Shown: positions 53,174-64,000 of the stretch, one piece after another | How the letters are laid out: each line of letters starts with the position of its first letter | Position numbering within the stretch: the first letter of the stretch is position 1 | Origin: Octopus vulgaris | Lineage: Eukaryota | Reading direction: 5' to 3' | NCBI GenBank assembly: GCA_951406725.2 | Contig: OX597823.1 | Span: forward strand, 65,100,001 to 65,164,000 | DNA length: 64,000 bases | Translations under genes and position numbers: made by a program | Notes under the pieces: model-generated | Database searches by the model: none | The model's input: the letters and a program-made list of their open reading frames with translations, nothing else | Told to the model about the DNA's origin: nothing

Positions 53174-53343
53174 TTAGAGAGAGAGAGAGAAATACAATAA
53201 GGGGCTTCCAAATAGGAAAGCGTTGTGCTTCCTATTTGGAAGCCTCTTATTATATTTCTATATGAATAATATATAGTCTAATGACTAATTCGTTTTTTGT
53301 GCTAGGCCACTGGTAATAATAATTTATTATTACCCTATTTTAT

Positions 53344-53385
<42 letters not shown>

Positions 53386-53479
53386 TCCATACATGGATCC
53401 ATATAAATCCATACATGTAACTTCCAATTTAACGCCCAATCAATATGTTGAGCGCTCTTATTTCGTTTGTCCGGTCACG

Positions 53480-53755
53480 CGTATCCCACCCTACTCACAC
53501 AAAGCTCTCCATCCCCTACACCCCATTCCTCCATCTGCGCAGGCTCTGCAGTGACAACCATGATTTTCAGACTCAGACTCAACTCATGGCTTGCAACTTC
53601 ATCCTATGTGGATATCACTTCAGCAGTATCCACACAGCCCTTGCCATGGTACGATCCCTGGACCGTGCTTCTGCTCTTTCTCCTGGCTGCAGCCACGCCG
53701 TTGCCCGTCTCACGTTTCTCGTCACCTACCTCTCCTCCACCCTACCCCTCCAATG
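53480..53755 (+). mobile_element. Penelope-like RT C-terminal (thumb) fragment
   Basis: SHPTHTKLSIPYTPFLHLRRLCSDNHDF..FILCGY..LVTY matches the PLE pattern SxHPxHxKxSIPYSQFLRLRRICS..FxxRGY. Confidence 0.8.
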
Positions 53756-53943
53756 CACCCGTCCCTAAGGTTGGTTCCAGATGTGGCATAGGTATAAATA
53801 GACGTCGATATTATGAAATCTCACCGTTATGATGTTACCTGTTTAAAATTTTACTTGACGATGGTGGATTGCATGTTATGATGTAATCTATGAATACTAG
53901 AATAAACAGATGTAAAAATTAACTCTTTGTGTCTTCATACACA

Positions 53944-54054
53944 CACCACACACACTCACCCCCACCACACACACTCACCCCCACCACACACACTCACCCC
54001 CACCACACACACACTCACCCCCACCACACACACTCACCCCCACCACACACACAC
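53944..54054. repeat. 19-bp minisatellite (CACCACACACACTCACCCC) x about 5
   Basis: Direct reading. Confidence 0.9.
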
Positions 54055-56584
54055 ATATAAATAGGGATACATAAATAGAGAAGATTGCTGAACGTCTATG
54101 TTTGGAAACGGGAGGTTTGTGTTATATACAGAAAATGGTGTGTATATATTTGATATTGAAAATACGAAAAGGTTAAGTTCAAAAACTAATCTTCAAGAAT
54201 TTTCAACGCATTTTTTGCAAAGATTTAAAGATTTAAGAATATCAATAGTTAAAAAAATAATTTCAAATATAACTATGTTTCTTCACGGAAAGCCCAAAAT
54301 CTATGCGAACCTGATGCCCACATATTGCATAGGAATCCATGAAACAATATCACCTAGCAGAAACTAGCCTTGGTTTATTCCACTAATGATATCATATAAT
54401 TAATTTGGAAGCAAAGAGATTAGATATCAACTTAAAAATAAATTTGAATCTATTGCGTTATTTGAAACCGCTATTACATGTAAAGATGTTAAACATAATT
54501 TTATTGATAAAACTCAATAGGTATCCATAGAAGATTAGTCAGTAAAAGACATTTGATATTAAATAGTGTATATTATTAAATAGTGCATATTATTATGAAA
54601 TACTAGTATATCAATATTCAACAGGTTTAGCAATAGAGATAAAATGCATTGTCGCAAATGGATTTGTTATAGTAGGGTTCTATCTATAAACCAAACAAAA
54701 TAGCCTTCTTTAAATAGCTTCTGAAGGTCCGTAATAATTATTATTCCCCTATATGACCCTGACATGACTATTACTGAGCACTCTAGGAACTATTTGTTAT
54801 TTTGGCATAATTGCTGGGGTTGGGCGGGGTTATATATAGTGGTCTGATATTGTTCTTTATCTACTGTATGATAGAATTTCAGTTGTGAATTATCTGAATT
54901 GTATATTTTAGACATACTTTCGAAGACGTTGCGTACCACTGTGTGCATAATGACGGACTATTTAGTCTAGTTTGCGATGTATGAATGACCATATTGCCAA
55001 ATAAATTTCAAAGTACGAATGGCCAAAATGTTATGACCATACAACTGCTAGATAGAAGTTTGTCAATATATTCAAAGATTTTAGTATTGCAGTTGATACA
55101 AACCTAAGCGTATTAATTTTCCTAGAAATATAACTTCTTATTTAGTATATGTTGTCCTTATAGTAAACCAACTGAGAAAATGCTGTACATTAATATAAAT
55201 TGGAAACATCGCGGTCGTAAAAGGATTTATATAACACCAGTTAGCGCGAATCCATCCGATCCTCTGACGAGGAATCCTTTAGAAATAACATATAACGACT
55301 TCATAAGAATATATGACACAATGAACAGCGAACATCACAAGTATTCATTAAAACAAACATGGGGAACAAAAATGCGATACCCATTTCTTCCTATTGTTTA
55401 AATGTTCGTTCTAGTTTCTCCACTGCATTCTTAAATCTTATAGATAAATATTTCTGAATAGACGATAAAACAGTAAATGTCCAAAGTAAGCTAGAGATAC
55501 CACAAAAACTTTGCAGTTTCTATGGATTGTATAAACAGAAGAAACCTTTCTGCTATAAACACATAACATCTTCCCATTTTTATAATTCTATCAACTCTAA
55601 TATCTATCCTTTCAACCGTTTATGAGATTCTAAAGCGTGTGTTTATGGAACTACGGATTCTCTTGTAGATGGCAGCCAAATGAAAAGTAATATAAGGGTC
55701 AATATAAACTTTAAATAACATATGTCCTCGCAACATTACAACACAGACACACACACACACACATACGTTTTCGTACATTCAGACATTGACTTCAGAAATA
55801 CCATATTATAATTCACTATCTGCATATATCTGGGGGGATAAATGATTTTAATATTCACGATTATAAACTCAAATGATTTATTATAGAATATGTGAGTTCC
55901 TGCATTAATAGTTTCAGAATGTGAGATCCTTGTCTTGAATGGACGCCCAGCATTCTATTGCAGTGTTTTCCAAAATTTAAACAAAAGATCCAAACACATT
56001 GAATTATCATTGACGTTTCCATTTTTCACTCAGAGCTATTTTTCACTACCAGTAGCTTAAGAAAATATATTTCGCTCATAATGGATTTGTCATACCATGA
56101 AGGACGATCGATATTCCAAACAACGAAACGTTCATGCATTCATCAACAAAAGACTTCATGAAGAAGAGCAGTTTTATATTCAAACGTATATTGTTTTTAA
56201 ACTCTTGGTGGTGAAAGGGAAAACATGATTTTGGAATGTGGATGAAATTTTAAAAAAGTCAATGCTTCTACTCATAGCAATGAATAAACGAAAATGTAAA
56301 GCGTTTTATACAGGTCTGTTCAGTAATCAATTAAATTTGAGGCTGTTTTCGAATATTTTGCTCCTATTTTATCGCTTCTACTAGTTATTAATCATCCAAA
56401 TCAAAGAAGAATTTAGAGTTGATTCAGGAATTTTCAACTTCTAATATACATGTATAAATGCACACATACATACATACATACATACATACATACATACATA
56501 CATACATACATACATACATACATGCATGCATGCATGCATGCATGCATGCATACATACATACATACATACATACAAACAAACAAA

Positions 56585-56814
56585 GGCGGTGAACTGTAGA
56601 ATCGTTAGCTCGCCGGGCGAAATGCTTAGTGGTATTTCGCCTGCCGTTACGTTCTGAGTTCAAATTCCGCCGGGGTCGACTTTGCCTTTCATCCTTTCGG
56701 GGTCGATTAAATAAGTACCAGTTAATCACTGGGGTCGATGTAATCGACTTAATCCCCTTGTCTGTCCTTATTAGTCCCCTCTATGTTTAGCCCGTTGTGG
56801 GCAATAAAGAAATA
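56585..56814 (+). mobile_element. Full-length SINE B inserted in (TACA)n
   Basis: ggcggtgaactg head, gagttcaaattcc B-box, ggtcgactttgcctttcatcctttcggggtcgat central domain (Meta-SINE-like, from memory), taaagaaata tail. Confidence 0.9.
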
Positions 56815-57029
56815 CATACATACATACATACATGTATGTCTATCCATATTTGCAAACATGTATATCTTTACTTCAAACCGGTTGCAGCGGAAATGCGTTA
56901 CACTACGCTATGCTAGAGTTCCTTGTCCTCATATCTTTTGGTAGATTCGTGTTATTTGTTTCTGCCAATTAATCGTCAATACGTTTCATTAGTCTGCATA
57001 CTATAAAATGTTGCGAAAGTCTCCAAAAT

Positions 57030-57460
57030 ATAGCATGTGATATGGTGTGGTTTTCACCACGAAAGCAGCGGCCATCAATACCTACGAAGCTTTGAACAAT
57101 AGTAGAGATGAGCAGAATGTATACTTAATTCTATTGTGCTCGCCTTATAAAATGCTTTGAGAACTCATGAAAAATGTGGTATACATATCAGCAAGGCACT
57201 CTTGAAGTGCTTTCTTCATTGTCCACATTTCTGCTCCACAAAGGTGAATATTCTCTGCGCAGGCACTAAATATGGTCAAAGTTGGTGACTTTGAAATAAT
57301 TGATGCTACATATCGCGAAGATTGTTACAGACAGTCCGGGCTTGTCCCCTAACTGTCAGGAAAAGTCTTTCTTTTGGGGTCAAGTTACTTAAAGCCACTG
57401 ACCTTCTTGAGTTGTGTGCCGTTTTTAGAACATATGCAAGAAATTTACAGCTGCAATACA
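57030..57460 (+). pseudogene. Possible heavily decayed intronless Ser/Thr kinase (Polo-like) pseudogene fragment
   Basis: Collinear motifs in shifting frames: HV..GFHH..SFE, DEQNVYLILLCS..L*ELMK, NIL, MVKVGDF, PFLEHMQEIYSC. Confidence 0.3.
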
Positions 57461-59260
57461 CAAAGGTTTATCACAGTTTGTGACAAGCTTGAGCACAAGA
57501 ATAGCAGTGAAGAGTATGACACCCTAATATCTGCTAACAGTGATATAACATGGAATTGCAAATAAAGACGTGGAAGATGACGTTAAACATTGCTTCCAAT
57601 AGAAAAGTAACAAAGACCGGAAAGGAGTCGAGAACGCATTGTAGACACATTAGTCTAGATGTACTTGGAATACCGGAAGGAATGTGGATTCAGCAAAAGC
57701 CTTATTTTATGAAACGTGAAATGGAAGACGAGAAACATCAAGTTCAAAACAGAATATACACACACATTTAATACTGATAATTATTGGAGTTGTTTAGCCT
57801 TAGACCAACTTTATTCGAGTAGACCTAAAAAGCAAATGCATTCCATCTGTTACTAGCCTGTTTTTGTTTTATTATAACAAGGAGTACTCTCTTTAACGTA
57901 TCATTCTGTATTGAAGAGGGTAAGTAATTTGAGGGAGAAATTTAGTTGCTATTTCTCTTATGATAAGTTCCAGTGTAGAGGCGTTCTCACTGACACATAA
58001 TCATTATCAATTATCATCCTCTTTGTTGTTTAGTACCATTTCAGTTCTGACTGATAATATCTTTGCTCTATAGCTTTTCAGCCATAACCATTTCATTCCT
58101 CTCAGTTTCGTCACCTATCTTGCAGTACATTTCTCTATATAACCCTCTTTTCAAAACATTGAGGTATAACTGATGCAGATTGCTATTTCGTGCAAGTGAT
58201 GCGATCACTTCGCTCTTTCGCCATTAAGTATTACTCCGTTCCTTACTGTGTCCATACAGTTTGGACAAGTATGTCATACAACTGTAATTCTGGTAATGAC
58301 ATTTTCTTCTGCTATCTTGCCGAAAAAACACAAAAGAAACTTTTCTTGCACAGTGTAACATCGCCATTGTTGTGATCATCGTAGCCGTGGTGGAGTGTAG
58401 TCGTGGCCCAGTTGTCCATCCTGAATATCGTCATTGTCGCTGTTTAAATCAACTCAGACATGATTTCAGTAGAGATGAAGTATGTTCTATTCTATTTTTC
58501 AAGATTGCATTCAATATCCTTTCTTAAGACAGTAGTTTGTAATTTAAAAGAGATTTGGCTGCTATGTCTACTAATTTCAGCAAGACCCAGTCAAATACAC
58601 GAATCCACTAAAAAAGAAAACTACTTCCCTCTCTCTCTCTCACACACACACATACACAAACATTCACACACGCGCGCACAGATAATCACACATACATACA
58701 TACACACCACAATCTCAAATTTACCATAAACATTTGACCTTGCCTCGTTAAACGAAAAAATAAAATCAATAGTATTAATGCTATTCCAAAACAAAAACAA
58801 AAAAAAACGAAAGATATCAGTTAAACATAACTGATAAACTTGTAACATTAACAATACAATATTTAGTTTTATTGTGGAAAAAGTTGGAAAGGAAATTAGT
58901 CGCTCACCAGTTTTTGAACAGCTGTCAATTAATTTGTGACCCTATCGGTTACGGATTTGAATACATGAATACTAAGAAACGGGCAATTCTGCGCATCTTT
59001 GTCTGTCGAAATGTTCACAAAATAAATAAATAAAATAAGTGTTTTGGCAAGATGCTTCAAGCTGGAAGTGTAAGTTGAAATGATACTGGTATTCAAGTAG
59101 ACAAGACAGCATTATTATGCAGTTAAATTCTACTCGTCAAGATGAATGTTTCACTATTGAGACTGTCAGTAGGGAAAAATGACACCCTTCAAAGTAGTAT
59201 TTTCGACAGAATATGTGTCTGTGTGTCTATGTATGAGTGTATGAATGTGTGTGTGTGTGC

Positions 59261-59299
<39 letters not shown>

Positions 59300-59355
59300 C
59301 ATATACAGTGTATACACAGACAGACAGACACACACATAAACGCATATAAACATCC

Positions 59356-59430
<75 letters not shown>

Positions 59431-59849
59431 TACATGCATACACATGCGAATACACATGTGTATATATATATATATGTTGTATATGTATATATGTGCACAT
59501 ATACCTACATATATATACACACAAACATATAGTTATACATACACACACAAACACACACATATAGTAAATATCTTCTCATGTGCGTGTATATATGTAAATG
59601 TAAGTACACACACATGCTATGTACACGCAGAGTTGAGGAATTCAGCCTAGCTTACACTACAGATATTGATGGTTAGAAGTGACATCTCTCTGAAATATGT
59701 AGTTTTTGGTTCTCACCTTTTGAAGAAACAATGACCTATAACGAGTTGATGTATATAGATAGTTCATCTTTGCCCGCTATAAGTTCATTTTCAGAATTCC
59801 AAATATTCACACAGTTTCCGAACTAAAAAAAAATCAAGTCAGGTATATA

Positions 59850-60255
59850 TTGGTTTCAAATTTTGACACAAGGACAGCAATTTTCGATGAGGGGCTACTT
59901 CCATTACATCGAACAGCGTACACAACTGGGGTCGATGTAATCTTATTTTTTTGTTCCCGAAAGGACGAAAGGCAATGTCGACCTCGGCGGAATTTGAACA
60001 CAGAACGTAATGACGGACGAAATACCTATTTCTTTACTACCCACAAGGGGCTAAACACAAAGAGGACAAACAAGGACAGACAAACGGATTAAGTCGATTA
60101 CATCGACCCCAGTGCGCAAATGGTACTTATTTAATCGATCCCGAAAGGATGAAAGGCAAAGTCGACCTCAGCGGAATTTGAACTCAGAACGTAGCGGCAG
60201 ACGAAATACCGCTAAGCATTTTACCCGGCATGCTAATGATTCCGCCAGCTCGCCG
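59850..60255 (-). mobile_element. SINE B dimer: unit with taaagaaata tail joined to a unit with aaatttgaaacc tail
   Basis: Junction GAAATACC|TATTTC at 60026/60027. Confidence 0.85.
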
Positions 60256-62181
60256 TTCTAGGGCAGGTATAAATTAACCTCGATTATGTGTTTGTCCATC
60301 TTAAGTAATTTTTTCCCCGCTGGATAATTTGAAGTCAATTCTATTACATAAAACAGTATTCAGTCAGCTAGATCTAATCAATTTTTCTACCCTGTACCTA
60401 AATCCGAACTGGTGAAATCAGTGAACAAAATTCTGGACGTAAAAGAATTAGAAGAAAACTTTCTTCTGAAATTACACTTCTGCTGTTTTAAATGTAAGAA
60501 ATTGTATTACATAATGTAATTCTAGATAATCTATATCGTAAAAAATAGATGAACAGTTATGGTTAGACAGCCTTTAATTGTTCGTCTGCTCAGTTAGGAT
60601 CACCTTCACCTAATCAACAATGACGTAATCAGCGATGATAACAACAGCTACAGCAGCATCGTATTCTCAGTTATGTAAGCACAGGTTATTTCGTCATTCA
60701 TGTGCCCGACCTTGTACCAGTGAAATTATAACAAAAGGTTTATCCCTCCATCGACCGTCTGGTTCCCTATTGATATATTACCCTGAGATAAGTTAAGAGA
60801 TATATTTCTTCCCTAACGAGAATGTTCAACAAAATTGCACCTCGGTCTTTTCGTACAAAAAGAATGATGGAACTCAGTAATACATCCGAACAAAAGGTTT
60901 TTGCAATTGATAGCTGTGTCTAAACCTCAAGAAAAGTTCGGGAATTCGAACGATAAACTCGTGAATAACGTCGAAAGGAGTTCAAATGCGTCAGTTGATG
61001 TGTTTAAATGTCTCTGCTATGGGTAAGCAAGAGAGAGGAAGTTCTGTTAGCATTTTGAGTATAAATTACAAAGTTAAAGTTGTAGGTGAATGTCTTCAGA
61101 AACCTAAAGTCGACATTCAGTTTCTGATTGGATTAAAAAGTTCTTGCTTTCTGTCTCTCTTCTCTAATCGAAACTTGCTGCTTACTGACGCACCTTAGAC
61201 TTTTGACTCTCTCACTACAAATCTCTATCCAGCCTCCACTCTCGCTGCCTAAATCACTAATAACTTCTTAATTATACAACGATGCCTGCATCCATGGAAA
61301 TTATTCTAGTCGATCCCACTGTAATGAATAACATGTAAACTCACTAGAAAAGGTATTTAAACGCCTCATCTAGATCGGCAAAATCTTCATTTGAAATACC
61401 TTTAGACAAATAGTATTCTGCTCCGTTATCTTAACTTATTGACTATTCCTTAACAGCTGCGGGCAATTAGTATTTAAAGATATGAAAGACAAACAATTGG
61501 AAATAATTTCCTATACTTTCTGCAGAGGAGAAATATTTGCCTAATTCAAATTTTGTAACACAAGAAAAAGCCACATTTTTGTCCACAATGTTTTTGCCCA
61601 TCGAGCAACGTTTTAGCCTTGAATATATTACATTTATAGTTTTCTGCCCTGCGAAATGCTTCGCGGTATTTCGTCTGTCTTTACGTTCTGAGTTCAAATT
61701 CCATCGAGGTCGACTTTGCCTTTCATCCTTTCGGGGTCGATAAATTAAGTACCAGCTGTGTACTGGGGTCGATCTAATCGCCTGGTCCTCTCCCACCAAA
61801 ATTTCGGGCCTTGTAGAAGAGATTATAATTTTCTGTTCAAAATATCGTTTTTAGTTTAACTAATCCATAAAAGTCTTTGTTGTTGATTAAGACATCAACA
61901 ATGGCCTTAGGGAAAACTGAAGTACTACAAGTATTTTCATTTACGATTTGATATTAGAAATTATTAACGAAAGTCTGTCTAGATATGAAAACTGAGAATC
62001 GAAAATAATCATAACTTGGAGCTTTATATACGCAGATGTGTGTATTTATATATCTAGGTATCTATGTATAATATATAATAGGCTTCTCATAAACCAATTT
62101 TTAATGTTATAGACATCTAAATTCCTAGTTCATGCGAAAATGCAAATCAAACACATCTGTTGATGAGACCCAGACGATGTA

Positions 62182-63414
62182 CAGGGTGAGGTAGAGAGGA
62201 CGGACGTGTTTGAAATGGCTATTACTCAACCCCAGGCAGGGGGACATGTACCGGTCGGTCTGTGCTGCTTTAGCATTTCTTATCTTTTCAGGTGAAACCA
62301 TGGCGTTGTGGACAATAAAACATCGAGTGTTTGCCTATAAGAGTTACTTGTAGAATAACGAGTCACAGCAGTACAGCGTGAGTTTCGGCGTCACTTCAAC
62401 GTTCACCGATATCAAGCTGTTCCTACCCATAGTCTTACGTCGGGCGAATGCGCTTCGTACGCTAATGACTAGGAAACTGGTTGGGGTGCCACGAACGGTA
62501 CGGACCCTTGAGAATGTTGAACGCGTCAGATAAGCTTTGATACGCTGACCGAATCGCTCTGCTCGTAGGCATTCCACTGAACTTGGCATCGGTAATCGAT
62601 CGGTAAAGCGTATTTTGCATTTCCACTCATACATATTGGTCATTGGGTAACAGTTGAAATCATGGGACTATGCACAGCGGTTCAACTTCGCACGTCAGAT
62701 GGAAGAAATTTTTGAGGCAAATAACAACCTCATTTTGTTAATGAGTGATGAAGCTCATTTTCATCCCAATGGAATGGTAAATCAACAGAATTATTGTTAT
62801 TAGGCTCTTGAAAATCAGAGAGAACTCAAAAGTGATGGTCTGATGTACTGTTGGAAAAGCTGCTGTCATTGGTCCTTACTTTTTTGAAGACAATACTGTA
62901 AATGCTGTTAATGTGAACTATGGGCGTTACATCGAGATGATAACTTCTTTGTGCCTGAATAACGACGAAAACATATGCCTATTCGACGTGTGTGATTTCG
63001 GCAGAGCATCAATGGACTTTCTTCGCCCTCTCTTCGTTGACCGCCTCGTTTCCAGGTTTGCTCATTTCCTTGGCCCCCTAGGTCCCCTGATTTGTCTATG
63101 ATTATTTCTTGTAGGTAAACCTCAGGGCCCTTGTATATGCGCATAAGACCCATACATTTGTCGATTTGAAGGAAGTTATTCACCTGGAAATCGTCCAAAT
63201 TTACAGAGCAATGCTGGAGAGAGAGTGGAGGCCATCTTTCAAGAACACCTTAAGAAATGCAACAATGAAAACGGACACCACATGATGGATGTTATTTTCA
63301 ACACTTGATTTTGACAATTGCTACTTCAATACGAACACATGAAAATTTGTTTGCATCTAAAATTAATGATTTTGTGAACTTATCAAAAACATCCGTCCTC
63401 TCTGCCCCACCCGG
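62182..63414 (+). mobile_element. Decayed, near full-length Tc1/mariner element, rosa/DD41D-like
   Basis: TIRs cagggtgaggtagagaggacggacgt / acatccgtcctctctgccccacccgg with TA flanks; pseudo-ORF from ATG 62300: VQREFRRHF..RTVRTLENVERVR..LMSDEAHFH..VIGPYFFE..WPPRSPDL; multiple stops. Confidence 0.9.
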
Positions 63415-64000
63415 TATTTATATTTGCAACGAAGCACCCAATTACAGAGGATTCAGTTTGTTGCAGTTTCTTTATCAAATAAATGATAATCTTAGTGCTT
63501 AAATTACTTTGGTATTTAGGAGTTCTACAAAATGTTCGGTGTCAAATTACGTTTCTTAATGTTCAGATTTAAAATTTCACTGCAATTTAAAATTTCACAA
63601 ATTTAATATAATTGTTACTTCGTCTTGGAATAACTAGTTTGATCGTGCAAGAAAAAAAGTGTCTTCAACCGTTGTGGTGTAATTAAAATTATAATAAAGA
63701 ATTGGTGCATATCGACTTGCTGGCAATCACTTCAATTTCTTTTCATTGTGTCTTCTGTAGCTAACAGGGTTAAAGGAGTTGACCTAAATACATGTCTAAT
63801 ATTAGTTTTATTAACTCCACTATGATAACAGTAAAAACGACGTAGATCAAACACATCCACTCATTCCTAATTTGAGAACATTCTCTGCGCAATGGGTAAA
63901 CTAAGAAAACGGTTATGATGAAAGTAATTAAGTAAAATAACCATAATAATAATGATTTCAAATTTTGGCGCACGGCCAGCAATTTCGGTTGAGTTCTGAT

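Noticed and set aside
54098-54367. 89-aa non-repetitive ORF
   Set aside because: No recognisable motif or splice signals; compatible with chance or an unrecognised decayed element.

Overview
AT-rich, microsatellite-dense eukaryotic DNA. The repeat content (tRNA-derived SINEs, long (TA)n/(CA)n/(AAT)n tracts) looks like an octopus or other cephalopod genome; this is recognition, not a database match. Nearly all ORFs in the supplied track are microsatellite or repeat artefacts. The only host-gene coding sequence I can support is two phase-0 exons on the + strand (30869-30946 and 44123-44236) matching consecutive segments of CFAP65/CCDC108, so most or all of the window is probably intronic. The rest is transposon-derived: three SINE families, Dong/R4-type RLE LINE remnants in (AAT)n, CR1/L2-type LINE ends, Penelope-like (PLE) RT and GIY-YIG fragments, a Ty3/gypsy gag-pro remnant, two Tc1/mariner elements, a Helitron, and Merlin-like and MULE-like non-autonomous elements. 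The most interesting signals are: (1) minimal PLE-type hammerhead ribozymes, two of them on the sense strand of the CFAP65 intron; (2) at least eight fold-back inverted duplications at or near (TA)n/(AAT)n tracts, affecting unrelated sequences; (3) a SINE that repeatedly lands at the same TACC site, including inside its own family; (4) a tRNA-like element in an inverted-plus-tandem arrangement.
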